Assembly: GCA_003223995.1 (NCBI GenBank)
Contig: QHYA01000040.1
Span: forward strand, 1-41,655
Length of the DNA stretch: 41,655 nucleotides
Reading direction: 5' to 3'
Source of the DNA: Acidobacteriota bacterium
GTDB taxonomy: Bacteria; Acidobacteriota; Polarisedimenticolia; QHYA01
Made by a program: the position numbers and the translations under genes. A model generated the notes under the pieces. That model saw only the letters and a program-made list of their open reading frames with translations, ran no database searches and was not told the origin of the DNA. Of the stretch, positions 9,496 through 18,981 are shown piece after piece. Positions within the stretch are counted from its first letter, which is position 1; every line of letters starts with the position of its first letter.

Positions 9496-9767
9496 GAGGA
9501 TCCTCGGCCACGATCGCCGTAGCGCAAGCGGCGAAGTTCGACCACGGTGTCGCGAACGGCGGGTAGTGCGGACTCTCGGATCTCCTTGACCAGCTCGTCG
9601 CGCAGGGCCTTCTCTTGAAGATCGAGGAAGCGACGATACAAGGCCAGGGGAAGAAGAACGGCCCGTGGCTTTCGGCCCTTCTCGACGATGACCGGCTCCT
9701 GCTCCTTGTCGAGACGGTCGAGGATCGAGCCCAGGTGGTTGCGCAGCTCGAGGGAGGTGACTTTCAT
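9492..9767 (-). CDS. Phd/YefM family antitoxin
   Basis: MKVTSLELRNHLGSILDRL...EPVIVEKGRKPRAVL, directly upstream of the PIN fragment. Confidence 0.9.
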   Translation of the reverse strand: MKVTSLELRNHLGSILDRLDKEQEPVIVEKGRKPRAVLLPLALYRRFLDLQEKALRDELVKEIRESALPAVRDTVVELRRLRYGDRGRGSS

Positions 9768-9769
9768 TG

Positions 9770-9803
9770 GTAGATCCTACTTCCACCCGCCAGGCTGGCG
9801 GGT
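9770..9803. promoter_or_regulatory. Palindromes upstream of the antitoxin (possible autoregulatory operator or hairpin)
   Basis: GTAG-ATC-CTAC (9770-9780) overlaps the RBS. ACCCGCCAG-G-CTGGCGGGT (9785-9803) is a perfect 9-bp inverted repeat. Confidence 0.5.
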
Positions 9804-9850
9804 TTCTGCACGATCTGCATGGAGCGCATAAACTCCTTTATGTCCGAAAT

Positions 9851-10138
9851 CTAGAAGACTTGTGGCAAAGCAACATCTAGGCCGTCGAGGTCGATGACGA
9901 TCGTGAAAACCGGTTCAGTGGGAGAATCGGCGCTACCCTGAACCTGCTTGAAAGCGGTGATGTAAGCGAGTTGCGGATCGTAGATGTTCATCGATCGTCC
10001 TTGCTCTGCATCAAGGTTACCATTGTCCACCACCAGGTGTGCGAGCTCGACAGATCTCCCCGGTGGAGCAGGGGTGTCCATCTTCCAGGGACAGCGATCC
10101 GGTGCAGGGCAACCAGATCGGCTGAGCCTTGGCTTCAC
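9851..10138 (-). other. Low-GC segment with an unassigned ORF or gene remnant
   Basis: About 50% GC over 9831-10030 by my hand count, clearly below the flanks. The 95-aa ORF matches no family I recognise. Confidence 0.3.
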
Positions 10139-10204
10139 CCACGAGGGGGATCATCGCTACTGGCCAAGCTGCGCCCGCTCCGCTGTGATGAGAGGGGATG
10201 TGAC

Positions 10205-11010
10205 CTACTCGAGAAGAAGCAGCAGTGACAAACGGCGCAGGCCGTGCCGATCGCGCAGCCGGTTCTCCACTGCCCGCGCGAGCGTCTGATCGTAGATGGA
10301 GGAGGACATGTGCTTCCGATGGGAAGCCAGCCGCTCCAGGGCCTGCTGCCGGGCTGCGGCCAGATCGCTCTCGGAGGATTCCCCGAGCAGGATGGCGCCG
10401 ATCTCCTGATCGGCCTGGACGAGCCGGGACTCGATCGCGCGGTGGGCCTCGGCGGCCTGCTTTCTGGAGCGCCTCCGGCCTCCAGCCCGACCTCCCATCC
10501 TGAGGCGCGTCCAGCGGTCGGGAGCCCTGCTCCCCGGAGCAGGTCCTCGGCGATCCCTTCCAGTTCCAGTGAGATCCCCTGGAAGCGCTCCGCCCCCTTC
10601 TCTCCGAGAACCGCCACCGCACGGCGGAGCTTCAGTACCTCCGCTCTCAAAGCATCGGCAAGGCGCTGCCGCTCTTCCGCGCCGCTGCCCGCGTTACCTC
10701 CCCCGTCCGAGTCGCCGGAGAAGGCGCGCCCCGCAGCGAGGCGCGAACCGCGGTCTTCCCACAGGTCCTCTACCGCCGGCCGGCAGAGCGACAGCGAGCG
10801 AACTCTGTGCGGCGTCCCCCTCTCTTCGCGGCGGTCGAAGACCTCGTCGATCCCGGCAATGACTAGAGAGAGAGGAATCCCCTGCTCGAACCAGGACATC
10901 ACGAGCGCCCAGTCGCGGGGGGAGACGAGGAGCGGCGACCCCCGCCGCTTCAGGAAATGACGCTCGACCTCGCGGAGGTAGCGTTTTTCGTCCGCGGAGA
11001 CGGAGACCAT
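10205..11010 (-). CDS. Conserved hypothetical protein with DnaD-domain-like N-terminus; 1-nt frameshift near 10461-10500
   Basis: ATG 11010 overlaps the coaX stop (TGATG). The N-part YLREVERHFLKRRGSPLLVSPRDWALV is in one frame and the helical C-part ending LRRLSLLLLLE is in ORF 10205-10498. The 806-nt span is one base short of a codon multiple. Confidence 0.75.
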
Positions 11011-11774
11011 CAGAGGTTCTTGTTGTAGACAAGCCGCAGCCCTTCGAGGGTGAGCGAGGGGTCGAACTCGTCCACGAAGGGCAACTCTCCCGCGAGCACC
11101 TGGGAGAGGCCGCCTGTCGCCACGACCCGCGCGGACTCGCCCAGCTCCGCTCGGACCCTTTGCACGATCCCCTCGACCAGTCCGGCATAGCCGAAATAAA
11201 GCCCCGACTGCATGCTGTGAACAGTGTTCCGCCCGATGACCCTCGGGGGCTTCCGGAACGCCACCCACGGCAGGCGCGCGGCGCGAGCGAAGAGCGCTTC
11301 CGCCGATACCCCGAGGCCGGGGGCGATGGCCCCGCCGAGGTACTCCCCGCGCGCCGAGATCACGTCGAAGGTCGTCGCGGTGCCGAAGTCGATGACGATG
11401 ACGGGGCCGCCGAAACGAGCGTAGGCGGCGACGCCGTTGACGATGCGGTCCGCGCCGACCTCGTGGGGATTGTCGGTGAGAACCGGCATGCCGGTTTTCA
11501 CTCCCGGTTCGATGAAAAGCGCCTGCCGGCCGAAATGCGTCCTGGCCATCTCCTCCAGCACGGGGTTGAGGGGAGGGACGACGGACGAGATCACGATCGC
11601 ATCGATCGACTTCACCTCGATGCCTGCCAGACCGAACAGACCCTGGATGAGCACTGCGTACTCGTCCACCGTACGCGCCTGCGCCGTCGAGAGGCGCCAC
11701 TCGGCGAGCCGCCGCACCCCCTCGTAAACGCCGATCATCGTCGTCGTGTTGCCGACGTCCATCACGAGAAGCAT
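11010..11774 (-). CDS. coaX: Type III pantothenate kinase
   Basis: DVGNT, ISSVVP, VGADR, IDFGTATT, GGAIAPG and ATGG motifs. Confidence 0.97.
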   Translation of the reverse strand: MLLVMDVGNTTTMIGVYEGVRRLAEWRLSTAQARTVDEYAVLIQGLFGLAGIEVKSIDAIVISSVVPPLNPVLEEMARTHFGRQALFIEPGVKTGMPVLTDNPHEVGADRIVNGVAAYARFGGPVIVIDFGTATTFDVISARGEYLGGAIAPGLGVSAEALFARAARLPWVAFRKPPRVIGRNTVHSMQSGLYFGYAGLVEGIVQRVRAELGESARVVATGGLSQVLAGELPFVDEFDPSLTLEGLRLVYNKNL

Positions 11775-11798
11775 GCTGCCTCCTGCCGTATGCTGATC

Positions 11799-12464
11799 TC
11801 AGAGCCTTCTCCACATTTCCAGGAGGGGCGCGGTCCCCTCACGCTTTCCGAGGAGGGTCAGCTCATCGAGACGGTCGAGCAGCCGGGCGCAGAGCAGAGT
11901 GACATCCGCCCGATCTTCCCCGAGCGCCATGGCAAGAGACGTCGCGTTGGGGGCGTTCTCCGGCGGAAGGTCCGCAGCGGTATGCGAGACGTTCAGGCCG
12001 CAGCCGATCAGCACGGCGCGGATTCTCTCCCCCTCCATCCGGCCCTCCACGAGCAACCCGCCCACTTTCCGTCCGGAGATGACCAGGTCGTTCGGCCACT
12101 TGATCTCGGCCGGGACGTCGAGGCTCCTGACGGCCTCGCAAGCCGCAACTGCGGCTCCCAGCGAGTAGAGAACGAGGCTCCCAGGACTATCGGGACGCAG
12201 CAGCGCCGAGAAGTAGAGGCCGAGGCCCGGAGGGGAATGCCATGAGCGGCCGTGCCGGCCGCGTCCCGCCGTCTGCTCACGCGCGATGACGACGGACCCC
12301 TCGGGCGCCCCCTGCCTTTCGAGGGAGTCGAGGAGCTGCTGGGTCGAGCCGACGCTCTCGATGCAGCGGATCTCCTTCCAGAGAGACCCGCCCGCCCCTC
12401 GTCCCCGCGAAAGCCGATCGAGTGCGGCCCGCAGTTTTTCCCGGACGATCCTCCCGTCCATCAT
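11799..12464 (-). CDS. birA: Biotin-[acetyl-CoA carboxylase] ligase, apparently lacking the C-terminal SH3-like domain
   Basis: QTAGRGRHGRSW, KWPNDL and KVGGLL motifs. ATG 12464 overlaps the nadC stop. Ends at MWRRL*. Confidence 0.9.
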   Translation of the reverse strand: MMDGRIVREKLRAALDRLSRGRGAGGSLWKEIRCIESVGSTQQLLDSLERQGAPEGSVVIAREQTAGRGRHGRSWHSPPGLGLYFSALLRPDSPGSLVLYSLGAAVAACEAVRSLDVPAEIKWPNDLVISGRKVGGLLVEGRMEGERIRAVLIGCGLNVSHTAADLPPENAPNATSLAMALGEDRADVTLLCARLLDRLDELTLLGKREGTAPLLEMWRRL

Positions 12465-13333
12465 CTGCCCCTCGCCGTCGTTTCCGCCTCGCCAACTCTC
12501 TCGATCTCCATCGTCAGGTCCGAAGCGGGAGCGGAATGCGTCAAACAGCCGAGTGAGAGGAAATCGGCCCCCGCCTCGGCGTAGGGACGCAGAAAGCCTG
12601 GTCTCAGGTTGCCGGAGCATTCGACCGCGGCGCGCCCTTTCGCGATGCGGACGCCCTCGGCGGCCTTCTCGGGCGTGAAATTGTCGAGCAGGATCCGCCC
12701 CGCCCCTGCCTCCAAGGCCTGCCTGAGCCCCTCGAGGTCCTCCACTTCGACCTCGATCTGCGGGCCTTGCAGGCCGGCCTCCTTCGCCCGCGCGACCGCC
12801 TCGGCGATGCCTCCGGCGAGACGGATGTGGTTGTCCTTGATCAGCACGGCGTCGTACAGCCCGAAGCGGTGGTTCGAAGCGCCGCCCGCGGCGACGGCGT
12901 GTTTCTCCAGCGCCCGCAGCGTGGGGGTCGTCTTGCGCGTGTCGAGCACGATCGCGCCCGTCCCGGAGACCTCACGGACGGCTTCGCGCGCCATGCTCGC
13001 GATCCCGCACAGCCGTTGAAGGAAGTTCAGGGCCGTCCTCTCACCGGCCAGTATGGGCCTTGCCGCACCTTCGACGCGCGCCAGGATCTCGCCCGCCTTC
13101 GCCTCCGTCCCCTCGGGCAAGGCGCTCCAGCCCAGCGAGGGATCAAGCGCCAGGAAGACCTCGCGCGCGATCTCGGTTCCGGCGACGACGAGCGCCTGGC
13201 GGCTGAGGATGCGCCCTCTGGCCCGCATGCCGGCAGGAATGACCGCCTCGCTGGTCACGTCCCCCTTCTCTCCGAGGTCTTCCCGGAGGGCGGCGCGGGC
13301 CAGGGCGCGCGCGGATTCGAGGTCCAGGGACAT
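12461..13333 (-). CDS. nadC: Nicotinate-nucleotide pyrophosphorylase (quinolinate phosphoribosyltransferase)
   Basis: ERTALNFLQ, DTRKT, HRFGLYD, IKDNH, EVEV and LLDN motifs. Confidence 0.97.
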   Translation of the reverse strand: MSLDLESARALARAALREDLGEKGDVTSEAVIPAGMRARGRILSRQALVVAGTEIAREVFLALDPSLGWSALPEGTEAKAGEILARVEGAARPILAGERTALNFLQRLCGIASMAREAVREVSGTGAIVLDTRKTTPTLRALEKHAVAAGGASNHRFGLYDAVLIKDNHIRLAGGIAEAVARAKEAGLQGPQIEVEVEDLEGLRQALEAGAGRILLDNFTPEKAAEGVRIAKGRAAVECSGNLRPGFLRPYAEAGADFLSLGCLTHSAPASDLTMEIERVGEAETTARGR

Positions 13334-13340
13334 GGGACGG

Positions 13341-16031
13341 CTAGCCCGATGTCAGGTCGGCGAGGATCTCCGACAGTCGCCGCCGACGCGCTCCCAGCTC
13401 CTCCGCGATCCGCCGCTCTCTCTCGACGACCTCGGCCGGCGCGCGCCCGGCGAACTCGGTGTTGTCGAGCTTGCGCCTGCGGGCGGCAAGGTCGGAGTCC
13501 ACCTTGCGCAGGTCCCGCCTCAGCTTCTCGCCGAGCAACGAGACATCGACGAGGCCCGTCAGGGGGATCGCGACGTCGAAATGGTCCGCGACAGCGCGCA
13601 GCGCGGGCCCGCCCTGGCCGGTTGTGTCCCGCAGGGCCAGCTCGACGCTCTCCGCCTGACAGAGCCGGGGGAGGTATTCCCGGAACTCCTCGGCGCCGCG
13701 GAGTGCCTCGGCCGAGGGGGCCGACAACCGCACCGCGATCCGCTTCGCCGGGTCCAGGCCCGCCTCGGCGCGAAGGTTGCGGACTCTCGTGACGATCTCG
13801 ATCATCTCTTTGATCTGCTCCTCCGCCACCGGGTCGAGACGCTGTGGAATCTCCTCCGGAAAGGGGGCCGTCGAGATCGACGGGGCGGTGCCGGCCTGCC
13901 GGGGAAGCCGCTGCCACAGCTCCTCCGTGAGGAAGGGCATGAAGGGATGGAGCAGCCTCAGCAGCGTGTCGAGGACCTCGACCAGCACGGCTCGCGTGCA
14001 GCGGCCGCGGCGGGAATCCGCCGCGGGGCCGGTCAGGCTCGGCTTGGACAGCTCGATGAACCAGTCGCAGTACGAATGCCAGATGAAGCGGTAGAGAGCG
14101 CTGGCGGCAAGGTCGAAACGAAACGCCTCGAGGTCCCGGCCCACCTCCCCCGCGAGCCGCGAAACGCTAGAGAGGATCCAGCGGTCCGGAAGAGACAGTT
14201 CTTCCCGCCCGAGCGCTGGCCGCCCCTCCTCCTCTTTCAGGTTCATGAGGACGAAGCGGGCCGCGTTCCAGATCTTGTTCGCGAAGGCCCGGTAGCCTTC
14301 GAGCCTCTCCGGACCGAGCGCGACGCTGGGGCCTGGGGAAGCTCCCACGGCAAATGTGAACCTGGCGGCGTCGGCGCCGTAGCGGCTGAGCAGCTCCTCC
14401 GGCTCCACGACGTTGCCGCGGGTCTTGGACATCTTCTGTCCCCGCTCGTCCCGGACCAGCCCGTGCAGATAGACCGTATGGAACGGCGCCTGTCCCGTGA
14501 ACTTCAGCCCCATCATGATCATCCTCGCAACCCAGAAGAAGAGAATGTCGGGGCCCGTAATAAGGACGGATGTCGGATAGTAGCGGTGGAGATCGGGGGT
14601 CTTCCCGGGCCAGCCGAGAGTGGAGAAAGGCCAGAGAGCGGAGGAGAACCACGTGTCCAGGACGTCCTCGTCCTGGCTCAGGGAGGAGGAACCGCAGGCC
14701 TCGCAGGCGGCCGGCGTCCCACTTGAGACGGTGACGTGCCCATCGGGACAGTACCACGCGGGGATCCGGTGCCCCCACCAGAGCTGCCGGGAGATACACC
14801 AGTCGTGGATGTTGCGCATCCATTCGTAATAGGTCTTCTTCCAGGAGGCCGGGACTATCTCGACACGCCCCGCCTCCACCGCCGCCAGCGCCGGAGCGGC
14901 GAGAGGGGCGACACGGACGAACCACTGCGTGGAGAGTCTTGGTTCGAGGACAGTGGAACAACGCTGGCAGACCGATATGGTCAGCCTGTGGTCCTCGACC
15001 TTCACGAGCAGGCCGTGCTCCCGCAAGTCGTCGACGATCCTCTTGCGCGCCTCGAAGCGATCGAGCCCGGCGTAGGGACCGCCGTTTTCGTTGATGGAAG
15101 CGTCCTCCCGCAGCACCGTGATGGCCGGGAGGTTGTTGCGGCGTCCCGCGGCGAAATCGTTGAAATCGTGAGCGGGGGTCACCTTCACCGCGCCGGTGCC
15201 AAAGGTCGGGTCGACCAGCTCTGCGTCGGCGATGATCGGGATCGGCCTGTCCAGCAGCGGCAACAACGCGCGGCCGCCGATCAGGTCGCGGTACCTCTCG
15301 TCATCCGGATGCACCGCCACTGCCGTATCGCCGAGCATGGTCTCCGGCCGCGTGGTCGCGACGACCAGGCGGCGGTCGCTTCCTTCGACGGGATAGGCGA
15401 CGTGCCACAGGCTCCCCGATTCTTCCCTGTGGTCAACCTCGAGGTCCGAGAGGGCGGTCTGGCAGGAGGGGCACCAGTTGATCAGCGCCTCGGCCCTGTA
15501 GATCAGCCCCTCCTCGTAGAGGGCCACGAAGACCTGCAGCACCGCCCGCGACAATCCCTCGTCGAGGGTGAAGCGCAGTCGCGACCAGTCGCAGGAGCAA
15601 CCGAGCCTCTGGAGGGTCGTGATGATGGCGCCGCTGTGATGCTCCTTCCACTTCCAGACCTCTTCCAGGAACTTTCCTCGGCCGATCTCGTGGCGCGAGG
15701 TCCCCTTTCGGCGCAACTCGCGCTCCACGACCATCTGGGTTGCAATCCCCGCGTGGTCGATCCCGGGCAGCCAGAGCGTGTCGTAGCCCTGCATCCTCCT
15801 CCAGCGGACAAGCACGTCCTGCAGCGTGTTGTTGAGCGCGTGGCCGACATGGAGGTTCCCCGTGATGTTCGGAGGGGGTATGACGATGGTGAAGGGAGGA
15901 TGGGAGGGGTTCTTCCCGGCCCGGAAGAGATCAAGCTGGAGCCAGCGCTGGTAACAGGCCGACTCGAAGCTGCCCGGTGTGTAGGTCTTCTCCAGAAGCT
16001 TGCCTGGCTCGGGGGTCATCTCGGTTCTCAT
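13341..16031 (-). CDS. valS: Valine-tRNA ligase
   Basis: PPPNITGNLHVGH, WCISRQLWWGH, DVLDTWFSS, KMSKT and a C-terminal coiled coil. Confidence 0.98.
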   Translation of the reverse strand: MRTEMTPEPGKLLEKTYTPGSFESACYQRWLQLDLFRAGKNPSHPPFTIVIPPPNITGNLHVGHALNNTLQDVLVRWRRMQGYDTLWLPGIDHAGIATQMVVERELRRKGTSRHEIGRGKFLEEVWKWKEHHSGAIITTLQRLGCSCDWSRLRFTLDEGLSRAVLQVFVALYEEGLIYRAEALINWCPSCQTALSDLEVDHREESGSLWHVAYPVEGSDRRLVVATTRPETMLGDTAVAVHPDDERYRDLIGGRALLPLLDRPIPIIADAELVDPTFGTGAVKVTPAHDFNDFAAGRRNNLPAITVLREDASINENGGPYAGLDRFEARKRIVDDLREHGLLVKVEDHRLTISVCQRCSTVLEPRLSTQWFVRVAPLAAPALAAVEAGRVEIVPASWKKTYYEWMRNIHDWCISRQLWWGHRIPAWYCPDGHVTVSSGTPAACEACGSSSLSQDEDVLDTWFSSALWPFSTLGWPGKTPDLHRYYPTSVLITGPDILFFWVARMIMMGLKFTGQAPFHTVYLHGLVRDERGQKMSKTRGNVVEPEELLSRYGADAARFTFAVGASPGPSVALGPERLEGYRAFANKIWNAARFVLMNLKEEEGRPALGREELSLPDRWILSSVSRLAGEVGRDLEAFRFDLAASALYRFIWHSYCDWFIELSKPSLTGPAADSRRGRCTRAVLVEVLDTLLRLLHPFMPFLTEELWQRLPRQAGTAPSISTAPFPEEIPQRLDPVAEEQIKEMIEIVTRVRNLRAEAGLDPAKRIAVRLSAPSAEALRGAEEFREYLPRLCQAESVELALRDTTGQGGPALRAVADHFDVAIPLTGLVDVSLLGEKLRRDLRKVDSDLAARRRKLDNTEFAGRAPAEVVERERRIAEELGARRRRLSEILADLTSG

Positions 16032-16152
16032 GGCGCTGCGGCGTCCTCGCGAGGGGTCCGTCCGGATGAGGCTTCCGGCATCCCGGCCAGCTCTCTCAAG
16101 GACCGCTTTCCGACCACCTCGCTCCCCTCTGATCCGGTGTGCACAGTCCGGA

Positions 16153-16857
16153 TCAGCCCGCGGGATCTTGCTCCTCCAGCCGCTGCCGGATGATCGAGTC
16201 CAGCAGGTCCGGTACGATGTCCCAGGCGACGTCCCTTACGACGGCCGGACCGATCAGCTCCACGAGCCGCCTCGCGACCGCGTCGACATCGGCGGGTGTG
16301 AGCGTCATGCCGCGGGCCGCAACCGGAACGGGACCGTCGGGCAGGGCCTCCGCCCCGGCGGCAGCTTCGGGCGAGGGTCCCATCGCGCTCCGGTCTCCGG
16401 GAGTTTCGCCGAAGGGACCCTCCGGCTGCATGATCCGGACAGGCGCGCCGGAAGCCACACGGGCTCGGGACCCCCGCGCGTCCTCCTGGCCGCCCGCGAG
16501 CAGCCCGCGGACCCTCTCCAGCAACGTCTGGGACTCGAACGGCTTGGCAAGGTGGCCGTCGGCTCCGGCCAGCCGGCCGCGCTCGGGATCGTAGGGCTCG
16601 AACGCGCTGGAGAGCATCAGGATGCGCGGACTCGCGCCGGTCGATTCCTTCCTGACAAGCTCGCAGACCTCGTAGCCGCTCATTGCCGGCATGGCGGCGT
16701 CGAGAAGCAGAACGTCCGGTCGCCGCTCGAGAAAGCTGTGGAGCGCGGTCTCTCCGTCCGGAACGCAGATCGTGTCGATGCCGGTCTCGGCGAAGGTCAG
16801 CTCCACGATCTTCCTGATGGTGGGCGAATCGTCAGCGCAGAGCAGGGTCGGTGCCAT
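16153..16857 (-). CDS. romR: RomR-like response regulator (receiver + linker + C-terminal helical motif)
   Basis: Receiver [11 protein letters not shown]...GYEVC...FEPYD...KPFESQ and C-terminal [23 protein letters not shown] resemble M. xanthus RomR. Located immediately upstream of valS. Confidence 0.75.
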   Translation of the reverse strand: MAPTLLCADDSPTIRKIVELTFAETGIDTICVPDGETALHSFLERRPDVLLLDAAMPAMSGYEVCELVRKESTGASPRILMLSSAFEPYDPERGRLAGADGHLAKPFESQTLLERVRGLLAGGQEDARGSRARVASGAPVRIMQPEGPFGETPGDRSAMGPSPEAAAGAEALPDGPVPVAARGMTLTPADVDAVARRLVELIGPAVVRDVAWDIVPDLLDSIIRQRLEEQDPAG

Positions 16858-17278
16858 GGTTTCTCTCCTCGGTGCGCCTGTGGGGGACATTCTCACGCAC
16901 CCATTCGATCACGTCGCTTGTGCTCGCGCCGGGGGTGAAGATCCTCTTTACCCCGGCCGCCAGGAGGCCCGGCATGTCCTCCTGCGGCACGATGCCGCCT
17001 CCGAACACGACGATGTCCTCAGCCCCTTTCTCCCGCAGGAGCGACAGCACGCGGGGGAAGAGGGTGTTGTGAGCCCCGGAAAGGACCGACAGACCCATCG
17101 CGTCCACGTCCTCCTGGATGGCCGTGGTGACGATCATCTCGGGGGTCTGATGGAGCCCGGTGTAGATCACCTCGAAGCCCGCGTCGCGCAACGCCCGGGC
17201 GATGATCTTCGCCCCCCGGTCGTGCCCGTCGAGCCCCACCTTCCCCACGAGGATTCGGATGCGGCTGTCCGTCGTCAC
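16832..17278 (-). CDS. Acyl-CoA mutase small subunit, cobalamin-binding (IcmB-like)
   Basis: GLDGHDRG (DxHxxG), SVLSGAH, GGIVP and IFTPG motifs. Confidence 0.93.
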   Translation of the reverse strand: MTTDSRIRILVGKVGLDGHDRGAKIIARALRDAGFEVIYTGLHQTPEMIVTTAIQEDVDAMGLSVLSGAHNTLFPRVLSLLREKGAEDIVVFGGGIVPQEDMPGLLAAGVKRIFTPGASTSDVIEWVRENVPHRRTEERNHGTDPALR

Positions 17279-17303
17279 CTCTTTCGGCCTCTTGGGGCCT
17301 CGT

Positions 17304-18974
17304 TCAGAATACGGAGACCTCGCGGTACTCTCCGAAAACCCGTTTCATCGTCGTGCAGATCTCCCCGACCGTCGCATAGTCGCGCACCGCCTGGAGGATC
17401 GGAGGCATCAGGTTCCCGCCGGAGCGAGCGGCCCGCTCGATGGTGTCGAGGGACCTTCCCACTCGCCGCGCGTCGCGTGAGGCGCGCAATTGCGCGAGGC
17501 GTTTCTTCTGTGTGAGCTCGACCTCGATCGGGATGCGGAGTGTCTCGACGGGTTCCTCCTCCTCGATCTGATACCGGTTCATTCCGACGATCGTCTTCTC
17601 GCCCCGGTCGACCTGCTGCTGGTAGCGGTAGGAGGCGTCGGCGATCGCTTTCTGGGGAAAGCCCGCTTCGATGGCCGGAATGATTCCCCCCATCGATTCG
17701 ATCTTCTCCATGAGCGCCGCCGCCTCCTCCTCGATCCTCCTCGTCAGGGTCTCCACGAAATAGGAGCCTCCCAGTGGGTCCACCGTGTTCGCGACTCCCG
17801 ACTCCTCGGCGAGGATCTGCTGCGTGCGCAGGGCGATGCGCACCGCCTCCTCCGTCGGCAGAGCAAGGGTCTCGTCGAGGGAGTTGGTGTGGAGCGACTG
17901 AGTTCCTCCGAGCACCGCAGCCAGGGCCTGAACCGTCACGCGCACGATGTTGTTGTAGGGTTGCTGTGCCGTGAGCGAGCAGCCCGCGGTCTGCGTGTGG
18001 AACCGCAGTTTCCAGGATGCGGGGTTCTTCGCGCCGAACCTCTCGCGCATCAGCCCGGCCCACATCCGTCGCGCCGCGCGCATCTTCGCGATCTCTTCGA
18101 AGAAGTCGTTGTGCGAGTTGAAGAAGAACGACAGCCTCGGGGCGAAGACGTCCACGTCGAGCCCCACCTCGATCCCCGCTTGGACGTAGCAGATCCCGTC
18201 GGCCAGCGTGAAGGCCAGCTCCTGAACGGCCGTCGCCCCGGCCTCCCTGATGTGGTAGCCGGAGATGGAGATGGTATTCCACTTGGGCACCGTCTCTGCG
18301 CAGAAGGCCATGATGTCCGTGATGATCCGCAGGGAGGGGCGCGGAGGGTAAATCCACTCCTTTTGCGCGATATATTCTTTCAGGATGTCGTTCTGGATCG
18401 TCCCTTCCAGCTTCTCCAGGGGCACTCCCTGCTTCTCGGCGACCGCGAGGTACATGGCGAACAGGATCGAGGCCGGGGAATTGATGGTCATCGAGGTCGA
18501 GACGCGGTCGAGAGGGATGCGGTCGAACAGGCACTCCATGTCCGCCAGCGTGTCGATGGCCACCCCTTCCCGGCCGACTTCACCTTCGGCGAGCGGATCG
18601 TCGGAGTCGCGCCCCATCAGCGTCGGCAGGTCGAAGGCCACGGACAGCCCCATCTGGCCATGCTCGAGCAGGTAGTGGTACCGGCTGTTGGTGTCGGCGG
18701 CCGAGCCGAACCCGGAGAACTGCCGCATCGTCCACAGCTTCCCGCGGTACATCGTGGGGTGGATGCCGCGGGTGTAGGGAGGCTCGCCGGGCGCATCGGC
18801 GTCCCTGCCAGCGTCCCACCAGCCGGCCAGATCCTCCTCCGCGTAAAGCCTCTCGATGGGGAAGCTCGAGACGGTGGAGAATTCCCGCTGCCTCTCCCCC
18901 ATCCCGGCAAGGGCGGGGCCGAGTGTGTTCATCTCCCATTCTTTCCTGGAACGGCTCTTCCTCACCTCCGCCAT
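17304..18974 (-). CDS. Acyl-CoA mutase large subunit with isobutyryl-CoA mutase (IcmA) specificity residues
   Basis: [42 protein letters not shown] and [10 protein letters not shown] motifs. Confidence 0.92.
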   Translation of the reverse strand: MAEVRKSRSRKEWEMNTLGPALAGMGERQREFSTVSSFPIERLYAEEDLAGWWDAGRDADAPGEPPYTRGIHPTMYRGKLWTMRQFSGFGSAADTNSRYHYLLEHGQMGLSVAFDLPTLMGRDSDDPLAEGEVGREGVAIDTLADMECLFDRIPLDRVSTSMTINSPASILFAMYLAVAEKQGVPLEKLEGTIQNDILKEYIAQKEWIYPPRPSLRIITDIMAFCAETVPKWNTISISGYHIREAGATAVQELAFTLADGICYVQAGIEVGLDVDVFAPRLSFFFNSHNDFFEEIAKMRAARRMWAGLMRERFGAKNPASWKLRFHTQTAGCSLTAQQPYNNIVRVTVQALAAVLGGTQSLHTNSLDETLALPTEEAVRIALRTQQILAEESGVANTVDPLGGSYFVETLTRRIEEEAAALMEKIESMGGIIPAIEAGFPQKAIADASYRYQQQVDRGEKTIVGMNRYQIEEEEPVETLRIPIEVELTQKKRLAQLRASRDARRVGRSLDTIERAARSGGNLMPPILQAVRDYATVGEICTTMKRVFGEYREVSVF

Positions 18975-18981
18975 GCGCTCC

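Noticed and set aside
10135-11814. 559-aa ORF spanning coaX
   Set aside because: The first half is an off-frame shadow of coaX. The real gene starts at ATG 11010.
16032-16152. Possible T-box leader upstream of valS
   Set aside because: Too short, with no T-box consensus or terminator visible.
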